DNA from: Mobula hypostoma
Lineage: Eukaryota
Assembly: GCF_963921235.1 (NCBI RefSeq)
Contig: NC_086109.1
Coordinates: 37,636,001-37,700,000, forward strand
Reading direction: 5' to 3'
DNA: 64,000 nt
Shown: positions 39,681 through 51,815 of the stretch, piece by piece
How the letters are laid out: the number at the start of each line of letters is the position of its first letter
Position numbering within the stretch: position 1 is the first letter of the stretch
Position numbers and translations under genes: made by a program
Notes under the pieces: generated by a model
The model's input: only the letters and a program-made list of their open reading frames with translations
Databases searched by the model: none
Told to the model about the DNA's origin: nothing

Positions 39681-41861
39681 TATGTAAATCCATCTTTGTC
39701 TCCTTTTCAGCCTTTGGAATGAGGTTCATAAACCATTACAAAGGCAAAACCCTCACTTCTACCCATTCCATAAAGTCCATTCCCCTTTCAGCTTTGTCAC
39801 TGATTGAAACCTGGCCTAATAATTCATTTATCTGGGTGTTGACTGTTGCCTGCTTTCATCCGTGTGAAATGTCTTGGAACGATTTTGCTCATTAAAGGCA
39901 CTGTCAGGATAGATTTTGATGGAGTAGTTCTTCACTGTAAAGTGAAATTTAAGTGCTAATTATAAAACTGTGACAACTTTCACAGCAAGTGATATAAAGC
40001 AATCACACAACTGACAGGTAATTACTGTCACAGAAAAATACTGTATCTATGCTGAGATCGACAGAACTAAAGCAGTGTTGGCTTTAGTATACTTCAACAT
40101 ATATCAGTATAATGTAAACTTACCAAATATTTTTCTTTGTAAAAGTACATATCAATATATTAAGAACAAAATGTCATATATGGGGGAATTATTTACTTCC
40201 TGCCAACAGTTTTAAAAGAAAATATTTGATATACTAATATAATCTAATCACAAGGTTTCAGCCTGATGAATGCTAGATATTTCAATCACTTGATTACCTA
40301 AGCTTGATGACCTTCAGCTGCACTCTTTCAAGTGGGTGAATGACATGAAAATATTTTCTTGCACACTACTTTAAGAGCTAAGTTGGCAGGTGGACTGTCC
40401 AGTGTGAAGCAGAGTGCAGGGCAAGAACGAAGAGTAATTCCATTGTGCGATGACGAGTTGGCTGATCTCAGGCCTGTTACACTTGCCTAAATGTCCCTGG
40501 ATTTAGGGGTAAATGTACTCCAGGTTTTTACTTTTGATTGTTCTCCATAACCCCCACTTGAAAGTGGGCAAGTGGGCACTGGGCTCTTTCACTGCTGTGC
40601 AGTTGTTCACATTCAATGCCACTGAAGCAATTTATTCAGCTGGTATCTAAGAACCATAACCCGGGATGCAGAAAAAAATCAGGTGAGGGTTAAAAGAAAG
40701 GAACATGTTTACTTTATGTCTATAACCACTGCAATAATCTTTTTTCCATTAAGATGCACTGTCGCCATATCGGTAGAAATAAAGTGAGAACATTATATAT
40801 GCTATTTACGCTCAAGATATGATGTGTTATGACAGCTATTTATCTGATGTATTAGCCTGAGACTGCTCTGTTCAAACAATGTGAGGATCTTGCTGTGATG
40901 TGCAACACTTTGATATTCTTTGATATATAAAACTTTGAAGATACTATTTCAGATGCACATACAAAATACTCTTAATAATAAAATAAAATTGTGGGTAAAG
41001 GCAGTTTTATCATTCGCATTGTGAAGAAACGTCAGACCACAAGTAGATATTAAGGTAGTTGCTGCTCTCTTTGTTTGGTGGTCCATGATTTTATATAAAA
41101 CATTACCTTAAAATTTAAGGATTTTATAGCAACATTTTAGGCAGATTTATTTTTTTAATGAGTTCTCTGAAAAACTGCGAATGATAGCCTCAGCAAAATG
41201 TTGTTCCTTGGAGCATGTGCATTCCTTCCACTCACATCAGTGTGCTTGATAAGCTTTCGTACCGCAATACAAATCACCTAGTTCATTCCAATTCCTCTGT
41301 CAACATTTCAGTTTTGATCAAATTTCCCTTGAGTGATGGTGTATAAAAGCTCTATATTTTACTTACCTTTTGTGCGTATTGAATACCACAACAAAGTGCC
41401 ATTCGCTGCCATGAAAGATTAATTTACAGTTTAAATTGTTTGAAGGGGACTTTTAATCATATCGTGTTGATTTTATTGGCAGGTTTACAGTCAATTTGTT
41501 ATCTACAGTTAAGACTGGCAATGAATTAAGATTGGTCCCACACCACCAAGTTCAGGAACAATTACCCTTCAACTATCAGGCTCCTGAACCAGCATGGATA
41601 ACTTCACTCACCTCAATACCGAACTGATTCCATGACCAATAGACTCCCTTTCAATGACTCTACAACTCATGTTCTAAACATTGTTTATTTATTTATTTAG
41701 TATTATTATTTGCTTTTTTTTATTTGCACAGTTTGTCTTTATTCCTACATTGGTTGTTTATCTGAATTTGTTTGTGTGCAGTTCTCCATTATTCTGTTGT
41801 TTCTTTGTACCACTGTGAATGCCTGCAAGAAAGTGAATGCCATATATGTACTTTGTTAATA

Positions 41862-42000
41862 CTTTGAGTACTGACGAAAGGTCTCAGCCTGAAACGTTGG
41901 CTGTACCTCTTCCTATAGATGCTGCCTGGCCTGCTGTGTTCTACCAGCATTTTGTGTGTGTTGCTTGAATTTCCAGCATCTGCAGATTTTCTCGTGTTTG
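41862..42000 (+). mobile_element. Penelope-derived short retroposon with near-intact hammerhead core, nested in a LINE tail
   Basis: CTGACGA 41871-41877, GAAACGTT 41891-41898; TSD-like CTTTGTTAATA/CTTTGATAATA at 41851 and 42001. Confidence 0.75.
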
Positions 42001-42329
42001 CTTTGATAATAAATTTACTTTGAGCTTTGAAGGTCCATGCCATTGATAGTGTGCACACCATCCAGGACGCCTTCATTTCATGACTACCATCAGGGAAGAG
42101 CAACAGGAGCCTGAAGATGCACACTCAACATTTTAGGAACAGCTTCTCTCTCTCTGCTTTCAGATTTCTGAATGGTCCATGCTACCCAACTACTATTTAT
42201 TTCTTATTTTTATATTTCTTATTGCAACTTATAAATTTTTTTTTGTATTGCATTGTACCACTGCCACAAAATGACAAATTTCATGAAATGTATCAATGAT
42301 GATATTCACATTTAACATTAAGTGTACAA

Positions 42330-42858
42330 AGCTACCAAAGATCATGACAAGCTTAGTTTTACCATAAAACCATGACGAACCAAAAGGGTCAGACCAGTTA
42401 CGCTCACAGATCTCGATTTTTCAGATGACATAGTCCTGCTCTCTGACCAGATGGAGGAAACACAGCAGCTACTGACAAAAGTGGAAATTGAGTGCAATAC
42501 AGTTGGACTTCACCTAAATGCTAAAAAGCCAGGGTACATGGTGTTTAACTCCAACGAAGGTACTCTCAAGACCATAAAGAATGATACCATTAAGAAAGTC
42601 TTTGACTACAAGTACCTCGGGTCAAGAATGATGAGTTCGGAGAAGGACATAAAGATACAGAAGGCGCTGGTGTGGAGGGCTATGAACGACATGAACGAAA
42701 TCCGGAAGTCCAACCTGACCAGAGGGTTTAAAAAGAGGATTTTCATAGCAGTCATAGAGTCCATTCTCACATACGGATGTGAGACATGGACACTCACCAA
42801 GACTATGTGAAAGTCTGTAGATGGTTGCTATACACGAATGCTCCGGATGGCTCTTGGA
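42330..42858 (+). mobile_element. RTE-clade LINE RT fragment
   Basis: DLDFSDDIVLL...VGLHLNAKK...YKYLGS...SILTYGCETWTLTK (ORF 42451..42810). Confidence 0.85.
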
Positions 42859-42859
42859 G

Positions 42860-43243
42860 TTGAGTTATTAACTTCAACCTACCTGAATTGCATGTGCATG
42901 TAACAAGAGCTGTATAACTCATCTCCTTCTACCCAAGGCCGCAAACTTATCAATCACCCCTGCTGTGGACCACCTCGAGGTCCAAAATGCTCTCGTTACA
43001 TGCACATGCAGTTCAACTCTTTGAGTGAAAATGCAGAAAGTCTGAAGTTAATAACTCATCTCCTCCTACCTTAGGCCACAAACTTATCAATCACCCCTGC
43101 TACAAAGAAGGGATCCGTATGTTCCACGACCGCTGGACTAAGTGTGTAAATGTAGGAGGGGACTATGTTGATAAATAAATGTGCTAGGTTTTCTAAAATT
43201 GACTCTTTCTACCTTAGGCCACGAACTTATCAATCACCCCTCG
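42860..43243 (+). mobile_element. Mariner-derived remnant with transposase C-terminus and three direct copies of the TIR sequence
   Basis: HDRWTKCVNVGGDYVDK* at ~43125-43178; ends ...ATCAATCACCCCTCG|TA. Confidence 0.8.
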
Positions 43244-43854
43244 TATGTTATGATCATTTTCTCAAAGTGTAATTTAAAGGCAAGTATTACAATAAATCAT
43301 TTGACAGAAATATATTATCCAGTGAATAACCAACGTAAAGCTCTTTAAGGTAGATACATGTCCAGGAGTGAGATAGGACCCATGACTAGCACTTGCATTT
43401 TAAAGCAAGATTGAGTAGGATTGCATCATAGTTCACCCGTAACTATTTTGTTTAGATTTTATGTGTATATGTAACATAATACATTCAAAATTAAACAATA
43501 TACATGGTAAAACAGGTATGGAGCATGTTTTATAGATATAATACATTGTATAACTAATAGCTTTGAATTTTATACTTATCAATGAGCCTATTCATTTCAT
43601 CCCAGAAGCTATTCAGAAGAATAAACATAATTTAGGAGGTCAGGCAGTCTTAGATAGGACAAATTGTATTACATATATTATTAAGATAAAATTTAAGTTT
43701 TAGAACAAAACAGAATTTTAAGATGTTTCTTTCAGCCAAGTTTCTGTTTGTCAATCATTCCATTTTCTGATTTATTTTGATACAGAACTGTTGGAACACT
43801 TCACTGAAAGTTAATAATGAATTCATGTGTAACCTGAAATGAAACTATACTCAC

Positions 43855-43926
43855 AATACTCGTAGATTTGGGAGTTGTTGGCAGAGTCCCCTGGGAAGTG
43901 AGGTTATTCCAGCTCGAGTCAGAGTC
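43855..43926 (-). CDS. LGR6: LGR6 LRR exon 11, 72 nt, TLTRAGITSLPRGLCQQLPNLRVL
   Basis: ggacag|G...TT|gtgagt; TLTRAGI...CQQLP is LGR6-type. Confidence 0.95.
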
Positions 43927-44141
43927 CTGTCCAGAAGCAGAAAATTTATGCTATTATTTGGAGGAAGGCATGCGAGAAGTTCCTCAGTACATGACCTTTA
44001 TTTTTACTGACAGAACTGACAATGTAATGGATAATTTGTGATGAATGAATGCCATCAAAAGAAAAGAGCAATAATTGCAGCAAAATAGTGCCTGCTGTTC
44101 ATTCAGAATCTAAGTTTGATAAACATAAATTTGCTACCCAC

Positions 44142-44210
44142 AGTATTTCCAGGCTGGTTGTTCCTTTAAGGTCCGGGAATTCCTTTATTTCATTTGCTCC
44201 ATTTAGTGAC
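44142..44210 (-). CDS. LGR6: LGR6 LRR exon 10, 69 nt, [23 protein letters not shown]
   Basis: ttccag|G...CT|gtgggt; matches LGR6 [14 protein letters not shown]. Confidence 0.95.
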
Positions 44211-44734
44211 CTGGAATTGACAGTGAAAACCCATTACTTTCTTCATGCATTCTTAAAAGAAAAAGTCCGACATAACATCACAGTTTGCAGCTATTGGCCC
44301 GTAACATTTAAAATAAGTGATTATACTATCCCTTCTATGTTGTTTGAAATATATTCATAATTTTGTTAAAGAAAATGGGTTGTGAATTTAATTCTGTATA
44401 TCCTTTATATTTAGAATATTTTCCAAATAAAGTATACTTCATATATCCATTCTGCTTGGTTACATTCTTGCAATTTATTACAAGAAGGCTTCTCCTTTTC
44501 CAGGTTTAATGAGTTTTTGCACGCTTCTGTTTTATAATTCTTGTCATTTACATTACGTATTTAAACAGAAATGAATGCATTTTCAAACATGCACACAACT
44601 ACTCCTGTGCTGTGCGTTCAACTTTATAATTTTTGTAATTGACCTTCCCTGGCACTGGGAGTCGCTTTCATGCAATAATAGTATAGAAAGTTGCTTTCAT
44701 CTGCTTATGTCACCTGAACAATATTGCAATGTAA

Positions 44735-45000
44735 ACACTTATTTATTTAGAGATACAGCACGGAAAAGGCCCTTCTGGCCCAATGAGCTGTGCCATACAG
44801 CAACTCACCTATTCCCTTACCTATTCACAGGACAATTTACAATGAGCAAGTAGCCTACTAACCAGTATGTCTTTGGACTGTGGGTGGAAATCAGAGCACC
44901 CAGAGGAAACCCATGTGGTTCACCGGAGAACATACAATCTCCTTACAGATGGCGCCAGAAATGAACTCCAAACTCCAGAATGCTGCTACACTACCGTGGA
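44735..45000 (-). mobile_element. V-SINE/HE1-like SINE
   Basis: Reverse complement has the GGGTTTCCTCTGGGTGCTCTGATTTCCACCCAC core. Confidence 0.75.
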
Positions 45001-45194
45001 GCACTTCTGAAATTCAGTTCCATGGATTATACGTGGAACACAATGCGAATACATTGGTATATCATGCAGATAGAGGGAGTGATCAAGAGCATATTCCTAC
45101 ACCAATGTTGCATCCATAGCATCAGATACAAATAGAAGATCCCATAATACTTTCTAAAGAAGAATGTGTGCATTTCACTGTTTCTGGTAACATT

Positions 45195-47282
45195 CATCCA
45201 TAGAAACCATAGAAACTACAGCACAGAAACAGGCCTTTTGGCCCTTCTTGGCTGTGCCAAACCATTTTCTGCCTAGTCCCACTGACCTGCACACGGACCA
45301 TATCCCTCCATACACCTCCCATCCATGTGTCTGTCCAATTTATTCTTAAATGTTAAAAAAGAACCCGCATTTACCACCTCGTCTGGCAGCTCATTCCATA
45401 CTCCCACCACTCTCTGTGTGAAGAAGCCCCCCTAATGTTCCCTTTAAACTTTTCCCCCCTCACCCTTAACCCATGTCCTCTGGTTTTTTTCTCCCCTTGC
45501 CTCAGTGGAAAAAGCCTGCTTGCATTCACTCTGTCAAGACCCATCATAATTTTATCTACCTCTATCAAATCTCCCCTCATTCTTCTACGCTCCAGGGAAT
45601 AAAGTCCTAACCTATTCAACCTTCATCTGTAACTGAGTTTCTCAAGTCCCGGCAACATCCTTGTAAACCTTCTCTGCACTCTTTCAACCTTATTTATATC
45701 CTTCCTGTAATTTGGTGACCAAAACTGAACACAATACTGCAGATTCAGCCTCACCAATACCTTATACAACCTCATCATAACATTCCAGCTCTTATACTCA
45801 ATACTTTGATTAATAAAGGCCAATGTACCAAAAGCTCTCTTTACAACCCTATCTACCTGTGATGACACTTTTAGGGAATTTTGTATCTGTATTCCCAGAT
45901 CCCTCTGTTCCACTGCACTCCTCAGTGCCTTACCATTAACCCTGTATGTTCTACCTTGGTTTGTCCTTCCAACGTGCAATACCTCACACTTGTCAGTATT
46001 AAACTCCATCTGCCATTTTTCAGCCCATTTTTCCAGCTGGTCCAAGTTCCTCTGCAGGCCCTGAAAACCTTCCTCACTGTCTACTACACCTCCAAACTTT
46101 GTATCATCAGCAAACTTGCTGATCCAATTTACCACATTATCATCCAGATCATTGATATAGATGACAAATAACAATGGACCCAGCACTGATCCCTGTGGCA
46201 CACCACTAGTCACAGGCCTCCACTCAGAGAAGCAATTCTCTACCACCACTCTCTGGCTTCTTCCATCGAGCCAATGTCTAATCCAATTTACCACCTCTCC
46301 ATGTATACCTAGCGACTGAATTTTCCTAACTAAACTCCCATGCGGGACCTTGTTAAAGGCCTTACTGAAGTACATGTAGACAATATCCACTGCCTTCCCT
46401 TCATCCACTTTCCTCGAAAAACTCCAACAGATTGGTCAAACATGACCTACCACGCACAAAGCCATGTTGACTCTCCCTAATAAGTCCCTGACTATCCAAA
46501 TGCTTATAGATTCTGTCTCTTAGTACTCCCTCCAATAACTTACCTACTACTGACATTAAACTCACCGGCCTATAATTTCCCGGATTACTTTTCGATCCTT
46601 TTTTAAACAACGGAACAACATGAGCCACTCTCCAATCCTCCGGCACTTCACCCGTAGACAGCGACATTTTAAATATTTCTGCCAGGGCCTCCGCAATTTC
46701 AACACTAGTCTCCTTCAAGGTCCGAGGGAACACTCTGTCAGGTCCTGGGGATTTATCCACTTTAATTTTCCTCAAGACAGCAAGCACCTCCTCCTTTTTA
46801 ATCTGTATGCTTTCCATGGTCTCACTACTTGATTCCCTCAATTCGATAGATTTCATGCCAGCTTACTTAGTAAATACAGACGCAAAAAACCTATTTAAGA
46901 TCTCCCCCATTTCCTTTGGTTCCGCACAAAGCCGACCACTCTGATCTTCAAAAGGACCAATTTTATCCCTTTTTATCCTTTTGCTCTTAATATACTTGTA
47001 AAAGCTCTTTGGATTATCCTTCACTTTGACTGCCGAGGCAACCTCGTGTCTTCTTTTAGCCCTCCTGATTTCTTTCTTAAGTATTTTCTTGCACTTCTTG
47101 TACTCCTCAAGCACCTGATTTACCCCCAGTTTCCTATACATTTCATACAACTCTCTCTTCTTCTTTATCAGAGTTGCAATATCCCTTGAGAACCAAGGTT
47201 CCTTATTCCTATTCAATTTGCCTTTAATCCTGACAGGAACATACAAACTCTGCACTCTCAACATTTCCCCTTTGAAGGCTTT
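45195..47282 (-). mobile_element. 5'-truncated CR1 LINE ORF2 (second young subfamily)
   Basis: ORFs 46863..47264, 46401..46856, 45623..46408 and 45371..45619 with GVPQGSVLGP, FADD; (GGTTTCTAT)n tail. Confidence 0.95.
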
Positions 47283-47694
47283 GATCCCTCAATCAATCCC
47301 TCAATCAATTTGACCAAAACTTTTTATTTTGCTGTTTATTGCATTGACAGTTATGAAACTTTGCTCTGTGCAATCTGACTGCCAAGACTTTTGACATTAC
47401 AATAGCTATCCTATAAAATTACTTTACTAGTTGTAAAGTACTTCAAGGTAATTGGAGGTCAGCAACACAAAATGTAAACACCATCTTTTGCTTCTTTCCT
47501 TCTTTAAGAGCCAATGAATTGATAATTTCCACTCGCATGTGATGTGAAATTTATTAACTTAGCAGCAGCAGTTCAATTGAATACATAATCTAGCAGAGAG
47601 AAAAATAATAATAATAATAAATAAACAAGTAAATCAATTACTTATATTGAATAGATTTAAAAAACATGCAAAAACAGAAATACTGTATATTAAA

Positions 47695-48552
47695 TGTGAC
47701 GAGAATACACATAAAATTAAGATGTTTGCTGGCCTGGGCTAGCATCAGTGGCATCAGCAGTTGGTCTGCCACCTGTCCTCAGGGGAAGGAGAGATAAGGA
47801 ACAATGAAGCAGCATCTGGAGATGTGTAATGAAGGGACGGGAGAGAGAGCTGTCCAGAGCGGCTCCCCCTTTGAACCCTGAACTGTTTGAAGTGATGGAC
47901 AGGCGATACCCCAGCAGGGGGATAAAAAGGGACAGGTTCGCTAGGCAGGACACACACGACACCCGAGGTAACAAGACCCTGGAAGCGGTGCGCCTCTCAC
48001 GAGTCGGTGGGAAGTATCGGGCCATAAACGCACAGGGTGGAAAGGTACGATCAGCGGGAACCCGGTGTGTGTCCACCCTCGCTTGGGTGCCGGGTTCACT
48101 GCAGAGGATCGACCGCATCTGGAGGAGGGGTCACAGTCGGTGACCTCAGGTGACATCACCAAGGACCCGTCCGAAAGCTGCTTGTGAGCAATATCGCAGG
48201 TCTGTGAGTGGAAGTCGTTTCTGAATGATCAGTCGTTCTCGTTCTCTCCCTCCCTCCCCCCACGTTGTCCATCACCATGGCAACGATTACTGCAAACTGA
48301 ACTAAATTGGACTGAACTTTGTGTCACTTTGAAATTGGTCATTTACCCCTAGACAACGATAGAGCTTGATAGATGCTGTTATCTTAATTCTGTGCACATG
48401 TGTTTATCATTGCTGAACTGTTGCATTTATTATCCTTTCGATTACTGTGTTGCTTGTTTCTTTAATAAAACTTTCTTAGTTCTAGTAATCCAGACTCCAA
48501 CTGAGTGATCCATTTCTGCTGGCTTGGCAACCCAGTTACGGGGTACGTAACA
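47695..48552 (+). repeat. 5' LTR (858 bp)
   Basis: TGTGACG...CGTAACA termini; TATA-like GATAAAAA at 47921; AATAAA at 48464. Confidence 0.95.
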
Positions 48553-48556
48553 TAAG

Positions 48557-48575
48557 TGGGGTTCTCGTCCGCGAT
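48557..48575 (+). promoter_or_regulatory. Primer-binding site, tRNA-Pro-like (degenerate)
   Basis: TGGGGTTCTCGTCCGCGAT vs canonical TGGGGGCTCGTCCGGGAT, with 4 nt between it and the LTR. Confidence 0.75.
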
Positions 48576-48651
48576 TTTGAACGCTAAATTTGGGACGGAG
48601 TAAATTGATTGGGTTAAAATTCCCGAAAGAAAGAAAAGACAAACAGCAGAA

Positions 48652-50346
48652 ATGGAGGCTGAGGAATTTATAAAGGCGCCGACCTTGGAGGCATTAAAGG
48701 ATGCCAGGAAATCGGAATTGGTAGCTGTGGCCAAACGGTTGAATATTGCTAAGGGGAAGTCGACAATGAGGAGAGAGGAGATACACAGAGCTATTGTAGA
48801 GCACTATGTATCTAAGGGTGTGTTTCCCCAAGGCGAGCTGGGGGTGGTGTCTATTGAAAAACCTGCTGGAGACGCGGTACAGGTGCAGCTTGAAAAACTG
48901 AGACTCGAGCACGAGTTCCGGGTACGGCAGTTGGAGCGAGAAGAGAAGGGGAGAGAGGTAGAAAGGCAAGCGAGAGAGAGACAGTTGGAAAGAGAAGAGA
49001 AAGAGAGAGAGAGACAGTTGGAGAGAGAAGAGAAAGAGAGAGAGAGACAGTTGGAGAGAGAAGAGAAACAGAGGGACAGACAGTTGGAGAGAGAAGAGAA
49101 ACAGAGGGACAGACAGTTAGAGAGAGAAGAGAAACAGAGGGAAAGGGAATTCGAATTGGAGAAGTTAAGGTTAAGGGCAGAGCAGGGGCTCATGCCGAAC
49201 CAAGGTGGAGGGTTCCGGGCGACCCAGGAGGTTAGGCTGGTTCCCCCATTTGACGATACCGACGTGGATCGGTACTTCCTCCACTTCGAAAAAGTGGCTA
49301 TAAGTCAGGAATGGCCGAGGGATAAGTGGGTTGTTTTACTTCAGAGTGTACTGAAACGGAAAGCCCAAGAAGCTTACTCAGCTTTGTCCGCGGAAGATGC
49401 CCAGAGGTATGAGGTGGTGAAAGAGGCCATCCTCAGGATTTATGAGTTGGTCCCGGAGGCATACCGGCAGAGGTTCCGGAATGCGAGGAAACAGTGGGAC
49501 CGCACGTATTTGGAGTTTGCCCGTGAGATGCAGACATATTGTGAGCGTTGGTGCACCTCAAAGGGGGTAGAGGGGGATTATGACAGACTGCTGCAGCTGA
49601 TCTTGGTGGAGCAGTTTAAAGGTTGTGTCCCTGAGGGTATGAGACCCTACCTCGATGAGAAAGAGGCAGCCACGTTAGCTGCAACTACTAAGTTAGCGGA
49701 TGAGTATGCGTTGACGCATAAAATGAAGTTTGCCCCGAGTAAAGGCTACCAGAAGGGTAGTCAGGATGGCGGGGAGAGTCCGCTGGAAAAGTCAGAAAGT
49801 AAACCGGGGACTAGTGAGAAGGATAAGGTAGACCGGGAGCAGTCTGGTAGGAAGTCTCCTGGGGTCGTCTGTTATAATTGCGGGAAAGTCGGACACTTTG
49901 CGTCCAGGTGCTTTGCCCCAAGGAAGGAGACGGGGAAAGGAAAAACGGGGGTTCCGAATGGCTGTATCGAGCTGTTAAGCGAACCGCTAGGGAAGGACAG
50001 GTCTGCCAAAGTTCAGGAAGGGCGCGAGAGGTTTATCTCAGCCGGATTGGTGTCAGTGAAGGAGGGGTTAAAACCAGTTCCAGTGCGGATCTGGAGAGAC
50101 ATGGGAGTGTGTCAGTCACTAATACTGAAGAGTGTATTAGAGTTTAGTTCAGAGACCCAGGCTGGGGAGGTAGAGGTCAAAGGTGTTGGGGAAGGGACAG
50201 AGTCAGTCCCTTTGCACCAGATACACTTACAAAGCAACCTGGTCTCTGGACTAGTCACGATCGGGGTGAGGTCCGAATTACCGATGAAGGGCGTGGAAGT
50301 CTTGCTCGGTAACGACGTCGCCGAGGAATCGTGTTCCCAGTCGTGA
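48652..50346 (+). CDS. Gag with degenerate protease, 564 aa: N-terminal helical domain, coiled coil, SCAN-like capsid, CCHC knuckle
   Basis: ELVPEAYRQRFR...LILVEQF...LADEY; CYNCGKVGHFASRC; RDMGVCQS and LLGND protease remnants. Confidence 0.88.
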   Translation: MEAEEFIKAPTLEALKDARKSELVAVAKRLNIAKGKSTMRREEIHRAIVEHYVSKGVFPQGELGVVSIEKPAGDAVQVQLEKLRLEHEFRVRQLEREEKGREVERQARERQLEREEKERERQLEREEKERERQLEREEKQRDRQLEREEKQRDRQLEREEKQREREFELEKLRLRAEQGLMPNQGGGFRATQEVRLVPPFDDTDVDRYFLHFEKVAISQEWPRDKWVVLLQSVLKRKAQEAYSALSAEDAQRYEVVKEAILRIYELVPEAYRQRFRNARKQWDRTYLEFAREMQTYCERWCTSKGVEGDYDRLLQLILVEQFKGCVPEGMRPYLDEKEAATLAATTKLADEYALTHKMKFAPSKGYQKGSQDGGESPLEKSESKPGTSEKDKVDREQSGRKSPGVVCYNCGKVGHFASRCFAPRKETGKGKTGVPNGCIELLSEPLGKDRSAKVQEGRERFISAGLVSVKEGLKPVPVRIWRDMGVCQSLILKSVLEFSSETQAGEVEVKGVGEGTESVPLHQIHLQSNLVSGLVTIGVRSELPMKGVEVLLGNDVAEESCSQS

Positions 50347-51646
50347 GATTGACAGGTCAGCCTGCCAGCATTGAGGCCTCACCCATGGACTCACAGGTTC
50401 ATCACGGGACTGCGGTAGTAAATTTAGCTGAGACGTTTCTGCCAGCCTTGTACGAGAAGGGGGTAGAAAGTGAAAAGAAGGAGTGTAGCGAGACAAGAGG
50501 TGGTGAGGGAGCTGGGACAGACATAGCAGTAGCCAGGAAAGAATTTGTGCAGACGCAGGAGCGAGACGAGGAGCTGATGGTTTTGGCAGAGACAGCTCTC
50601 TCTGACACAGCCTTAACAAGGGAACTAGTAGACTATTGTGCGGAGGAGGAAGTGCTAAGGAAGAAAGGGAAATCAAGTACAGTACCCGCAGATGAGGAAT
50701 GGGGGGTGGTGCAAAAGAGTTATGAGGATGAGATTTTTAACCTGGCCCACAAGGTACCCCCGGTGGACATTTTGCGGTACTGGAGGAAACAGTTGGTGGA
50801 ATCATGAAAGAGGTTTACCGGCTGCCCAGGGGGGAGGATGTTATCGATAATGGCCGACGCGAACTGAGACGGTCACAGGTTTTTGATATGCTAACAAACC
50901 TAGTCAGTGTTAGCGTGGAAATCAATGAAGCTAGGGGACCCCTGATAAGAGAAAAAAAACATTTTGAAAAGATTAGTATTGGATCAATCAGATGGGAGAA
51001 GGCTATTGTTTTGGCCAGGTCTACTGATAAGGTCTCTCCCTTAATCCCCGAACAAAGCGACTCTTTAGGAGAAGTAATTAAACGACTCGCACCCGTGTGT
51101 TTGATTGTCCCGAGGCGATGCAAAGAACTGGGACGTTGGGTGATGTCTGTTAAAATAGGTCAGCCTAGCAAACAACATCCATATATAATGAGTAATTCAG
51201 TGACTAAAGGGCTGATGAACACAGAGGTGTGTATTGGCAATTTAATACGGCTGTCTGAAGCCAGCTTGATAGTGAACCTTGAAAAAAATGAATTCGGCCA
51301 CACGAGGGTCACTTACCTGGGAATTGTGGTGACACAAGGGCAGCTGGCAGCGATGCAAGCTACAGTGCAGGCTATCGCTGACCTCCCAACCCCGACAGAC
51401 AAGAGGGCCCTCAGAAGGCTCTTGGAGATGGTGGGGTACTGTAGGAAGTTTTGCAATAAGTCTGCGGTCACTACCCCTCCCCCTCCTACTAAGCCCTTGC
51501 GAGAGAAAACTGAGTCGGAATGGGATGACCCTTGTTATTGTGGTCCGGGACAAAACCAAATGAGAGGTTACATTGATCGTAATTCATCAGTGTTTTTGGC
51601 CACTATGAAGTTTGCTGAGTTGGAGCCTGGTCTAAGGGATTATTAA
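50331..51646 (+). pseudogene. Collapsed pol remnants: integrase zinc-binding segment followed by the RT thumb region
   Basis: LAHKVP..GGHF...T..I...Y across a frameshift near 50760; then LIVNLEK.EFG...VTYLG...VQAI..PTPTDKRALRRLL.MVGYCRKFC; no YxDD, DDE core or RNase H visible. Confidence 0.75.
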
Positions 51647-51803
51647 TAACACATATAAAAGGAACAGAAAATGTGATGACTGTCTGTCAAGGTGTTGACA
51701 ACTTCAAATTCTCTGTATTAGCCAAATAGCTGATAAAGATGTATATTTGTGTGTATCAAATAATGTACTCATGTTTGTAATTTTTACCCCAGTAAAAATC
51801 CTT

Positions 51804-51815
51804 AAAGGGGGGAAG
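51804..51815 (+). promoter_or_regulatory. Polypurine tract
   Basis: AAAGGGGGGAAG immediately before the 3' LTR. Confidence 0.85.
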
